Assembly: GCA_963828345.1 (NCBI GenBank)
Contig: CAWHEZ010000019.1
Span: 61,568-125,567 of the forward strand
Direction: 5' to 3'
DNA from: an uncultured delta proteobacterium
Lineage (GTDB): Bacteria > Desulfobacterota > Desulfobacteria > Desulfobacterales > SpSt-501
Length of the DNA stretch: 64,000 nucleotides
In this document: positions 20,343 through 29,262 of the stretch, one piece after another
Numbering within the stretch: the first letter of the stretch is position 1
Layout of the letters: every line of letters begins with the position of its first letter
Notes under the pieces: model-generated
Databases searched by the model: none
The model's input: only the letters and a program-made list of their open reading frames with translations
What the model was told of the DNA's origin: nothing
Program-made: the position numbers and the translations under genes

Positions 20343-20891
20343 TCAGGCCCCGGGCTTGCCGTAGGGCCGGCCGAAGACGCCGCGGTGGGCCTGCAGCCAG
20401 AGCAGCGCGTCCTGGGGGTGGGCGGATTTGCCTTCGGCCGGGTACCCGACCGCCACGACCGCCTCGACCATTACCCCCGGCGGCAGGTGCAACAGCTCCG
20501 CGACGTAATCCTGGGCCGCCCGGTCTTTCGAGTGCGGGCGCTGGCGGACCTGGACCCAGCAGCTGCCGAGGCCGAGCGATGCGGCCGCCAGCTGGACGAT
20601 GATCGTGGCGATCGACGCGTCCTCCACCCAGACGTCTGATTTCCGCGAATCCGCGCACACGACGAGCCCGAGCGGGGCATCCTTCAGGAAGGCGGAGCCG
20701 TGCTCCTTGGCCTGCGCCAGACGGGCGAGCATGGCGCGGTCGGTCACGACCACGAACTCCCAGGGGTTGACCCCGCGGGACGAGGGGGCCCGCAGGGCCG
20801 CTTCCACCAGCAGGTCGATTTTTTCCGGCTCGACCGGCTGGTCCGTGTACCGGCGTATGCTGCGGCGTCTCCTCAACAGATCCATGAACAT
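20343..20891 (-). CDS. nitroreductase family protein
   Basis: MFMDLLRRRRSIRRYTDQPVEPEKIDLLVEAALRAPSSRGVNPWEF is a classic nitroreductase N-terminus. The start was chosen at the internal ATG 20891. Confidence 0.85.
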   Translation of the reverse strand: MFMDLLRRRRSIRRYTDQPVEPEKIDLLVEAALRAPSSRGVNPWEFVVVTDRAMLARLAQAKEHGSAFLKDAPLGLVVCADSRKSDVWVEDASIATIIVQLAAASLGLGSCWVQVRQRPHSKDRAAQDYVAELLHLPPGVMVEAVVAVGYPAEGKSAHPQDALLWLQAHRGVFGRPYGKPGA

Positions 20892-21046
20892 GGCCTGACC
20901 TCCTTCGGGTGGGCGAACGGGTTCGCGGTGCCGCCCTCTTATACTGGACCGGGGCGCCGACTGCAACTGCGCCCGGTTGACATCCGCTGGCCCGTGGTGC
21001 ATCCTCGCAACCGGTCACCCCCTGACGCCCAAACCGAAGGATCGGG

Positions 21047-22378
21047 ATGGATCCCCCTGCCCGCGACAACCCGTTCGCCTCGAGCTTCGATATCGCCCAC
21101 TATTTCGTCGGCCGGCACCAGCAGGAGGCGGCCGCCCACCTGAGCTACGCGCTGACGGAAGGCGAAGGTTTCACGGTCATCACCGGAGAGCGGGGAGTCG
21201 GGAAAACCAGCGCCTGCCGCGCGTTCGTGAGCGGGCTGGCGCCGGCGCAGGCGGCGGTGGCCTATCTCTCGGGTTCCCAGCAGACCTCGGGGGAGCTCCT
21301 GCGGCATATCACCCGGCAGTTCGGCTTGGAGACGGCGGGCGAGAGCACCAAGGAACTGACAGACGGCCTGAACCGCTTCCTGATGCAGCAGCGGGTTGCC
21401 GGCCGGAAGGTCATGGTCTTCATCGACGACGCCCAGACCCTGCCCGCGGAGGTCCTCGAGCAGGTCCGGCTGATCTCGAACCTCGAAACCACGCGCGAGA
21501 AGCTGATCCAGATCGTCCTGGTCGGCGAACCGGGCCTGCTCGAGCTGCTCGACTCGCGCGCGCTGCGGCAGATGGGGCAGCGCGTGTCGGTCTGCTACGA
21601 AATCGGCCCGCTCACGCAGGACGAGACTGCGGTCTACATCCGCCAGCGCATGGACCTCCACGCGGAGGGCGCGAATCCGGCGTTCACCCGGGAGGCCATA
21701 GACGTGATCTTCCGGCACACGCAGGGCAACCCCCGGCTCATCAACCGGGTGTGTGCCGCAGCCCTGGGCCTGGCACACAACCGCCAGGACGCCGCCATCG
21801 GCCGCGCGGTTGCGGTGGAGGCCACGGGCGAATTCTCGGAGGAGCCCGGCCGGCAGCGCCGCGGGCGTTTCCTCTTCAGGACAGCGGCGGCCGGTCTGGT
21901 GGGGGGGCTTGTGCTCGTTGCCGGCGTCTACTTCGCGCGGCGGAACGAAGCCCCTGTGCCCCCGGTCGCCGGCGAACCGGTGGTGCTGTCCCTGCCGGCC
22001 ACACCCGAGCCGGCCTCGGCGCCGGCCCCGCCCGCCGAGCCCCTGCCGGAGCTCCCCGCGCCTCCCCGGCCCGATCCGCCGCCACCGGCTGCGGTCGTGC
22101 AGGCATCCCGGCCCCCTGCGCCCGCCCCTGCGCGCATGACCCATTCCGTGCAGGTGGGTGCCTTCCTGCAGCCTGAAAACGCACGGCAGCTGGTCGCCAA
22201 GCTGACGGGGAAAGGGGTGCGGGCCTACATCCTCGAGATCCGCGATGGCCAGAACCGCACCTGGCACACGGTGAGGGTGGGCGACTTCCCCAGCCGCCAG
22301 GCCGCCCAGACCCACGCGGACGAGTTCGCCCGCCGGGAGCAGATGAAGGTCCTGGTGCGGCCGTTCGGTTCGTTCTGA
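21047..22378 (+). CDS. ExeA/GspA-like AAA ATPase fused to a Pro-rich linker and a C-terminal SPOR domain
   Basis: Walker A GERGVGKTS, FIDDAQ, RHTQGNPRLINRVCAAAL. TM segment AAAGLVGGLVLVAGVYF. C-terminal HSVQVGAFLQPENARQLVAKL..WHTVRVGDFPSRQAAQ is SPOR-like. Confidence 0.8.
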   Translation: MDPPARDNPFASSFDIAHYFVGRHQQEAAAHLSYALTEGEGFTVITGERGVGKTSACRAFVSGLAPAQAAVAYLSGSQQTSGELLRHITRQFGLETAGESTKELTDGLNRFLMQQRVAGRKVMVFIDDAQTLPAEVLEQVRLISNLETTREKLIQIVLVGEPGLLELLDSRALRQMGQRVSVCYEIGPLTQDETAVYIRQRMDLHAEGANPAFTREAIDVIFRHTQGNPRLINRVCAAALGLAHNRQDAAIGRAVAVEATGEFSEEPGRQRRGRFLFRTAAAGLVGGLVLVAGVYFARRNEAPVPPVAGEPVVLSLPATPEPASAPAPPAEPLPELPAPPRPDPPPPAAVVQASRPPAPAPARMTHSVQVGAFLQPENARQLVAKLTGKGVRAYILEIRDGQNRTWHTVRVGDFPSRQAAQTHADEFARREQMKVLVRPFGSF

Positions 22379-22762
22379 AACCCATCTCAAACCGAGCTCC
22401 TCGATCCATTTCTCTTCCGAACAGACCCGAAATATAGCATCCCATTTTCAATTTTTTTTAGGGAGAAACCCTAAAGGCCCCTCCATCCATTGAGGTTTCA
22501 CCCCATGTTGAGGCCCAACGAACCCTCCCACATTTCTATATGCTCCTCAACGCTCATATAACCACTCGCAATCGTTTGCTCATAAAAAACTTCGATGGCT
22601 ATCCGGAAGTCGGCAAGGCAGTTGCAGAGGATAGGTGTCATCCCTATAGTTTTGTTGTTGTCCTTAGCTGAGCAGCCAGGACAGCTTTTCAACGACTCAG
22701 CGGCCGTATTTCACGACGAAAAAGAAATCGATAATCAACACACCGATCGCAGGAGAAAACGT

Positions 22763-22837
22763 ATGAACAACATCTTTTATATTATCGGCGTCATCGTGGT
22801 AATCGTGGTGGTCTTGAGGTTCCTCGGGGTGTACTAG
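22763..22837 (+). CDS. candidate 24-aa hydrophobic peptide (MNNIFYIIGVIVVIVVVLRFLGVY)
   Basis: AGGAGA lies 6 nt upstream of ATG 22763. Single TM-like segment. Very short, so speculative. Confidence 0.3.
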   Translation: MNNIFYIIGVIVVIVVVLRFLGVY

Positions 22838-22960
22838 CCCGGCAGGCTTGACAAGCAGTGGAGGCATCTGAAAGGGGGACGCATGACATGAAAGGTGCAT
22901 CTACGTAGCACAATAGCTCGAGTACCGCGGGCCCGATACAGCAAGACGGGTGGGGATGGA

Positions 22961-23037
22961 TGGTGCCCCTGGCAAGAATCGAACTTGCGCAAACCCAGAT
23001 TAGGAATCTGGTGCTCTATCCACTGAGCTACAGGGGC
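22961..23037 (-). tRNA. tRNA-Arg (anticodon CCT), CCA encoded
   Basis: The reverse complement folds as GCCCCTG-TA-GCTC-AGTGGATA-GAGC-A-CCAGA-TTCCTAA-TCTGG-(var)-GCAAG-TTCGATT-CTTGC-CAGGGGC-ACCA. The anticodon loop TTCCTAA gives CCT. Confidence 0.9.
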
Positions 23038-23057
23038 GTCTCAATAAAATCAGGTGG

Positions 23058-24030
23058 TTATGTTTCCGGTTGTGCCACGTTGTAGGTTCCAAATTGGCCA
23101 ACTGTGCCCAAATTGTGCCCGTGGAGCGAGTCGATGTAGGCGGCCTGCCTGGCGGCGGCAAGCTTCAGGTCTATAATCGTTGACGATGTTGTCGCGGTCG
23201 AAGACCGAGTGGGTCTTGTGGCCGGACACCATCATCGCCACGCGCTCGGGCACCCCCGCGCGGACCATGTTGCGGACCGCGGTGCGCCTGAAATCGTGAA
23301 AAATCTTTAACCCAATCCCGGCCGCCCGGCAACCCTTTTTCCACTCCTTGTGGAAGACCTTCAGCCGGTCGGTGCCCCAGTGGTTCAGGAACACCCAGGG
23401 CAGGAGTCTTCTTTGCCTGCTTGCGCCTCTCCCACTGCTGCTCGAAGACGGCCTTGAGCTCCTCGTCGAGGTAAACCGTGCGGCCCTCGCTGTTCTTGGT
23501 CTCGCCGACTTCCAGCCGCACGATCCCCAGCTGCCGGTCCACCTGCTTCCAGGTCGGCCCGGTGATCTCCGAGTGGCGCCAGCCGACCTTGTAGGCGAAG
23601 GTGACGACTCCCTTCAGGTAGGCGGGGAGTGCGTTTCGCAGGGCGAGAAACTCGTCGTGCTCGAAAAACCCCTTGCGCGCGTTGTTCTCCCGCAGCATCC
23701 GGATGTAGGGCACCCGGTCGACCAGGGGCGGGGTCTGGCGCACCCCGAGGTTGAACATGCGCTTCAGGGCCGCAAGCTCGCGGTTGACGGTGGCATTGGC
23801 GGCACCCTCGTTTAGCCTCGTCTCGACATACTGTGGTCGATCAAGCGCGTGCCGATGAACGCCGCGCGCATACCGCCGAAGGCCTTCAGGAGCTTGGGGG
23901 TGCTAGGTAGTGGCCGCTTCCAACACCTTGCCGTTGATGCGGAGATCCCGGACATATGCGAACCCTTTCGTGGGCTGCTTTAGCAGGCCATCACCGGCGC
24001 ACTGCTTTTCCGCGCCCCTGACTGCTTGCC
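23058..24030 (-). pseudogene. tyrosine recombinase / integrase, multiply frameshifted, ending 20 bp upstream of the tRNA 5' end
   Basis: ANATVNRELAALKRMFNLG...[12 protein letters not shown]...[11 protein letters not shown] / [66 protein letters not shown] / [17 protein letters not shown] lie in three frames. The position expected for the catalytic Tyr reads Asp (DRDNIV). Confidence 0.75.
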
Positions 24031-24218
24031 CCGCATCAGAACCGATGAACCTTTCGCCGGCCCGGGCTGCAATCGCGCCCAAGGACCCCGGACCACCCGC
24101 GGGCGGCGAAGACGCAAGCGCTTTGGCGCGCTACCCGGTCGGGCGCGACAGGGAAACCCCACCGCCCGTCAGACCCCGATCCGAAAGGCTATCGAGTCGG
24201 GCTCGATGGCAGTCGCCT

Positions 24219-24455
24219 TCAGCCGGGCTCGCTTGTAACCGTGGGCACCGCTATGCCCCGCCCATACACCGCATTTCTGCCGACGGGAGTGCGCCAATCG
24301 GCATCGGGCGCCTCCTCCATCACCGCCACATCCACGGCAGGGCTTTCCAGAACCCTCTCGGGATCGTCTCTGCGCGCGGCAACCATCAGGACGGCTACCA
24401 TTAACCCTATGTTGCCGCCCACAATGAGACCCAAGATCAGACCTGACCAGAACAT
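24219..24455 (-). CDS. hypothetical 78-aa membrane protein
   Basis: GGGAGGAGGGGG sits immediately upstream of ATG 24455. MFWSGLILGLIVGGNIGLMVAVLMVAA helix followed by an acidic tail. Confidence 0.45.
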   Translation of the reverse strand: MFWSGLILGLIVGGNIGLMVAVLMVAARRDDPERVLESPAVDVAVMEEAPDADWRTPVGRNAVYGRGIAVPTVTSEPG

Positions 24456-24813
24456 GCCCCCTCCTCCCTTCGGGGAAAGATATTGTGGACCCTCACGCAA
24501 ATGTTTTTCGGCCTTCTGGGGAGAAAGTTGACAATAAAGTTGGCCCGATGGCCTCCGGCGGGAACTCCGCCATCCGGATTCGGGGAGTCGGGCGGCAGGC
24601 AAGCAGACGGTTGCGGGCTGCACCCGCAGGGAAGACCGCTGGTCGGCAGCCTGAGTGCTGTGGGGCAGGGGAGCAAGCAGATCGTGCGAGGGGTTCGAAT
24701 CGAAAACCCGATGCTCGCCTGCGCGATATGATCGAGAAAGAAGGAGTGGTGTTATGGCCGGCAAAGGGGCCGGTACCCTTGATTTTTAACTTGTAACTGC
24801 ATATGGTTACAAC

Positions 24814-25058
24814 ATGACCAAACGGGAAAAGCTGTTTGCCCGGGCCATGAGCAACCCGAAGGGCCTTTCCTTCGGTGAATTTCAGACACTTTTGCGCCAG
24901 GCGGGCTGGACCTTCGATCACCAAAAAGGCAGCCACCGGATTTGGTACTCTCCGACAGGGCACAGGCTCTCTGCTCAGGAGGGCCGGAGCGGAAGGCCAA
25001 GGGATATCAGGTCGAGCAATTCCTGAGGCAATATGAGGTTGAAAATGAAAAAGTCTGA
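24814..25058 (+). CDS. hicA: HicA-family mRNA interferase toxin (one frame change near 24985)
   Basis: FDHQKGSHRIWYSPTGHRL. The expected tail KAKGYQVEQFLRQYEVENEKV* is in the +2 frame and ends at TGA 25056-25058. Confidence 0.7.
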
Positions 25059-25389
25059 CCGGTTCGATGGATTTACCGTCAATGTGTTTTTGGATGAGGA
25101 TGGTGATTATCTGGCTCATTTTGTCGAGCTGCCGAGTGTATCCGCCTTCGGGGAATCACCAGAGCGGGCGCTGGCTGAGTTGGCTACGGCATGGGAAGGC
25201 GTAAAAGAAAGTTACACTAAGCACGGCGAAAAGGTTCCTCTGGCGCCGGTGCGAAAGAAATACAGCGGCCAATTCAACGTGCGCATCGACCGGCGCCTGC
25301 ACCGGGCTCTGGCCATCGAGGCGGCAAAAGCGGGCATATCCCTAAATGCCATCGTTTCGCAGAAGCTGGCCAAAAGTGTTTCGCTATAG
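25033..25389 (+). CDS. hicB: HicB-family antitoxin with a C-terminal RHH-like DNA-binding tail
   Basis: DGDYLAHFVELPSVSAFGESPERALAEL...YSGQFNVRIDRRLHRALAIEAAKAGISLNAIV. Confidence 0.85.
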   Translation: MRLKMKKSDRFDGFTVNVFLDEDGDYLAHFVELPSVSAFGESPERALAELATAWEGVKESYTKHGEKVPLAPVRKKYSGQFNVRIDRRLHRALAIEAAKAGISLNAIVSQKLAKSVSL

Positions 25390-25847
25390 AGCTTGAGCCC
25401 CTCTCTCCGTTTTGGCAAGTTGGAAACCTGAAAATATTTTGCCAGTGGTTCTCGTCTGCGTTCGTCCGCGTCGGTCCGCGGCAGATACCAGCTTTTTTCT
25501 TTGCATAAGGATAATAAGGATAAAGAGTGTGGGATTAGCCGCAGACGCACGCAGACATGCGCAGACGACCGATCTTTGCAGATAACCAATAAAACCAATG
25601 CAACCAATATAAATCTGTGTTTCAGGGTAATCGCGTGCGACGAAATGTCAGAAGGGTGCGGCTTTTGATCTGCCCTCTACTCTACCCCATCCCCATCCGT
25701 CCGTCCCCCATCCGTCCAGCGCTTGCGAGACCTATCTGATCTATTTGGGCAACAACCCGTCAAGATGTGACCCCCAACTTTCAGCGTTTGACAAAAGTCA
25801 AGGGCTGCGATACATTTCTATAAAATTGCGATACAGGAGGTGCACTT

Positions 25848-26087
25848 GTGCCTATCAGTCTGAGGATTCCCCCGAAAAAAGAAGAGCTCATCAACCGGGC
25901 GGCAAGAAAGGCAGGCAAGACAAAGACGGGCTTCATACTTGACGCCGTGGATGAGAAACTGGGATTAGTTGAGAACCGCGAACAAACCATCCGAAAAACC
26001 GCCGGCTGGCTAAGTCCGAAAGAAGCCTCCCGATTGAGTGAAGACCTGATGATTTTCGAGAAAATAGATGAGGCCGACTGGCAATGA
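25848..26087 (+). CDS. vapB: ribbon-helix-helix antitoxin (VapB-like)
   Basis: ISLRIPPKKEELINRAARKAGKTKTGFILDAV. 4-nt overlap with the PIN toxin gene. Confidence 0.75.
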   Translation: MPISLRIPPKKEELINRAARKAGKTKTGFILDAVDEKLGLVENREQTIRKTAGWLSPKEASRLSEDLMIFEKIDEADWQ

Positions 26088-26479
26088 GGGCTGTCCTGGA
26101 TACCAACATCTATGTCGACTTTGCGAGGGGCAGACCGGACGTGGTGGATCTTTTAGCGATGCAAAGCACGGAAATACTTTTGCCGGCCATCGTAATGGGT
26201 GAACTCTTTTATGGGTTCATAAAAGGAAACCGCACCCGCTACAACGAAGAAAAGTTCCATCACTTTGTTGCGACGCTGGATGTCTCCTTCGTCCATGTGA
26301 ATGAAGATGTTGCACGCAAATACGCTATCATTTTTTCGGCGCTCACCAACAATGGTACCCGCATCCCTATCAATGATGTCTGGATAGCCGCCTGCTGCAT
26401 GAGCGTGGGGGGAACCCTTCTCACACGGGATCGCCACTTCGAGCAGGTGAGCCAAATCGACAAGATTATTTTACCGTAA
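26084..26479 (+). CDS. vapC: PIN-domain toxin VapC
   Basis: MRAVLDTNIYVDF..., GELFYG, INDVWIAACC..LLTRDRHF: conserved acidic residues of PIN nucleases. Confidence 0.85.
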   Translation: MRAVLDTNIYVDFARGRPDVVDLLAMQSTEILLPAIVMGELFYGFIKGNRTRYNEEKFHHFVATLDVSFVHVNEDVARKYAIIFSALTNNGTRIPINDVWIAACCMSVGGTLLTRDRHFEQVSQIDKIILP

Positions 26480-26867
26480 TCCCAATTTCTCAACGACTAA
26501 ACGAATTGAACAAACCCAACCAATAAAGCCGGTGGAACCATTGAGCGGTTTTCCTTTGCCGCCGCTCTCAACGGCAAAGGAAAAAATCTCGCACCCCTCT
26601 GCGCTCTCTGTGCCTCTGTGGTGAACATGTTATTTCGGAAGATATTCATTGAGAGTCGGAACAATCTCCCGCGCAAACCCGGTCATCCGGCGATGCCGGC
26701 AGCACCTTTTCCTCCGGCGCGTCGCCGGGGGAAACGTCCGTGTGGGTCTGTGGCTGATAGTGTTTTTCGTCCGCGCCCGCCTGCGTCCGTTTGCGGCTGG
26801 TTCCATCCCTTGCATTTAAAATCAAGAATCAAGATGTGACCCCCTGAAACTTGAAGGGATATCCACG

Positions 26868-27724
26868 ATGGACGAAGGTTTTGAGGATTTCTACGAAGAC
26901 CTGCAGGTGAGCCCCAATGCCGACCAGGAGACGATCGAACGGGTCTATCGGCTGCTGGCCAAACGCTACCACCCGGACAACAAGGGGTTTGGCAGCGTCG
27001 AAAAGTTCGATATCGTCACGCGAGCCTACAAGGTTCTGAGCCAACCGGAGAAGCGTGCGGCCTACGACGTGAGCTACGCCGAAAGGAAGGAGCGCCGGTG
27101 GCGGGCCTACGCGCAGGCCCAGGCCCCTGGCGGGTTCACGCCGGACGCGCACATCAGGCGCCAGATCCTCTCGATCCTGTATATCGAGAGGCGCCAGGAC
27201 CCGGAAAAAGCGGGGTGGGGACCTGGCGCCTCGCCCAGTACCTGGGTTGGCCGGAGAAGATGCTCGAGTTCCACGTGTGGTACTTGAAGGAGAAACACTG
27301 GATCGAGCGTACCGACACCGGGGGATTTGCGATCACGGCCGCCGGGGTGGATGAGGTGGAGAAAGAGGGCGGAATTATCATGGGCAAAGATCGCTTGCTG
27401 CCCGAAACGGCCGAAACCGACGATCCGGTCGAGAACGTTCTGCTCCTCGAGCATGTCAGTCCCGCCTCCGCCGGAAAGCTGGAGGAGGCGATTGCGAACC
27501 TGAACCGGAGGGTCGCGGACAATCCGCAGAACATCACGGCCTGGGTCTTCCTCGCCAACATGCACAGCCGGCTCGGCAACACGAGCCTTGCGACCACGGC
27601 CGCCGAACGCGTGCGCGGAATCGATCCACTCTTCTCGGCCGAGGAATTCCTGAGCCAGCTGAAGTTCAAGACGGAGGATGGCAGGGCGAGGTTCCGGGAG
27701 TACTCGAAGCTCGCCGGGCTATGA
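26868..27724 (+). CDS. J-domain (DnaJ-like) protein with wHTH-like middle and TPR-like C-terminus; one frame change near 27212
   Basis: FYEDLQVSPNADQETIERVYRLLAKRYHPDN (HPD motif). It continues in the next frame as VGTWRLAQYLGWPEKMLEFHVWYLKEKHWIERTD... The switch lies in a G-run. Confidence 0.7.
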
Positions 27725-27792
27725 GATTCTTCCTGGGGAATGATTTGCACGCGATTCCTATTGCCCAACCGGTTGAAAATGCGAGAGACGGG

Positions 27793-27951
27793 TCAAAGCG
27801 ACATGAGGAAGCCCTTGAGGTTCAGTTTCTTGTTCTTGATGCCGAGCTTTTCGCGGATCTTGAGGCTGTGCACCTGCACCGTGCGGTCCGAGATGCCGAG
27901 CACCCCGGAGATCTCCTTGCCGGAGAGGCCAAGCCGCACCAGGCGCGGCCA
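27793..27951 (-). pseudogene. LuxR/GerE-type HTH, C-terminal ~52 codons only
   Basis: LVRLGLSGKEISGVLGISDRTVQVHSLKIREKLGI. The sequence upstream of it (towards the IS3 left end) is not protein-like. Confidence 0.6.
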
Positions 27952-28093
27952 ATCGACCGCGCCTTTCCATCCCGAGTTTAGGACCTTTCCCCCTTGCATA
28001 TCCGGCGTGGGAGGGGAGGGGTGACCTGCCCCCCGAAAACCGGTCCAGATTTTGTGAGAGAGATCTGGCATAATCTGGAGCCAAAATCGGGAG

Positions 28094-28378
28094 GTGGGTA
28101 TGGGTCGGAAGCAGTTCACCACAGAGAAGATTATCGGGATGCTGCGGGAAGCTGATGTTGCCTTAGCGCAGGGGATGAAAGTGGGCGAGATCTGCCGCAA
28201 GCTGGAGGTGTCGGAGCAAAGCTACTATCGCTGGCGCAGGGAGTATGGAGGGTTGAAGACCAGCCAGGCCAAACGCATGAAGGATCTGGAGCGGGAGAAC
28301 AGCCGCTTGAAGAAGGCGGTGGCGGATTTAACCCTGGATAAGTTGGTGCTGCGGGAGGCTTTGGAGGGAAACTACTAA
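28094..28378 (+). CDS. IS3-family transposase OrfA (HTH + leucine zipper)
   Basis: GEICRKLEVSEQSYYRWRREYGG..., ERENSRLKKAVADLTLDKLVLRE. Confidence 0.9.
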   Translation: MGMGRKQFTTEKIIGMLREADVALAQGMKVGEICRKLEVSEQSYYRWRREYGGLKTSQAKRMKDLERENSRLKKAVADLTLDKLVLREALEGNY

Positions 28379-29262
28379 GCCCCTTGCGGCGTCGGCGCTG
28401 CGTGGAACATCTCAAGGGGCAGTTTCGTATATCTGAGCGGCGACTGTGCGGGATTGTAGGGCAACCGCGATCGAGTCAGCGCTATGTGATCCACCTGCGG
28501 GGGGATGAAGAGATACTGTGCGCTGAGATCGTGCGATTGGCCAGCCAGTATGGCCGGTATGGGTACCGGCGCATCACGGTGCTGTTGCAAAATAGCGGTT
28601 GGCGCGCGAACCACAAGCGTGTGGAGCGGATCTGGCGTCAAGAGGGGCTGAAGGTTCCCAAGCGGCAGCCCAAACGAGGCCGCCTGTGGCTCAACGATGG
28701 GTCGTGTGTGCGGTTGCGGCCCGTGCACCGCAATCACGTGTGGTCCTATGATTTTGTCAGCGAACGCACGCACGACGGTCGTCCGCTGAAGATCCTGACG
28801 CTGATCGACGAATACAGCCGGGAGTGCCTGGCGTTGCTGGTCGAGCGCAACATCAGCAGCGATGATGTGCTCTATTGTCTGGCCGATATGTTCATCCAGT
28901 ACGGCATACCGGATCATATCCGCTCGGATAACGGACCCGAGTTTACAGCCAAGCTCGTGCGGCAGTGGCTTTCAAATATCGGAGTTAAGACGCTCTTTAT
29001 CGAACCCGGCAGCCCATGGGAGAACGGGTACAACGAGAGCTTCAACGGCAAGTTCCGAGATGAGTTGCTGAATCGGGAGTTGTTCTTTACGCTCAAGGAG
29101 GCGAAGATCGTTATCGAGAACTGGCGACGGGAATACAACACGATCCGTCCCCACAGCAGCCTCAACAACCGGCCACCGGCACCCGAGGCCATCTTGCCCC
29201 CACTCCTGCATCAGCCTTGGGTGATCGGGCCACGTCAAGAAATGGGATTAACTCTAACTTAA
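28366..29262 (+). CDS. IS3-family transposase OrfB (rve/DDE), expressed as an OrfAB fusion by -1 frameshift
   Basis: Slippery heptamer G_GGA_AAC at 28366-28372 in the orfA frame. The -1 frame continues ...RRRRCVEHLK. WSYDFV...LTLIDEYSRE...IRSDNGPEF...PGSPWENGYNESFNGKFRDE. Confidence 0.85.
   Translation, partial: GKLLSPLRRRRCVEHLKGQFRISERRLCGIVGQPRSSQRYVIHLRGDEEILCAEIVRLASQYGRYGYRRITVLLQNSGWRANHKRVERIWRQEGLKVPKRQPKRGRLWLNDGSCVRLRPVHRNHVWSYDFVSERTHDGRPLKILTLIDEYSRECLALLVERNISSDDVLYCLADMFIQYGIPDHIRSDNGPEFTAKLVRQWLSNIGVKTLFIEPGSPWENGYNESFNGKFRDELLNRELFFTLKEAKIVIENWRREYNTIRPHSSLNNRPPAPEAILPPLLHQPWVIGPRQEMGLTLT

Noticed and set aside
24460-24800. A structured ncRNA (RNase P RNA, tmRNA or a riboswitch) in the GC-rich ORF-poor stretch containing GGGGTTCGAATC
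   Set aside because: No RNase P core (GGAAAGTCCGGGC-type), no tmRNA tag or acceptor ends, and no riboswitch box that I could recognise. The short hairpins are what any GC-rich sequence gives.
24800-27800. An integron-type cassette array (TA cassettes separated by repeats)
   Set aside because: No intI gene or attI is present. The inter-cassette repeats lack the RYYYAAC...GTTRRRY core sites of attC. The 16-nt motif is better explained as a RAYT-element end.
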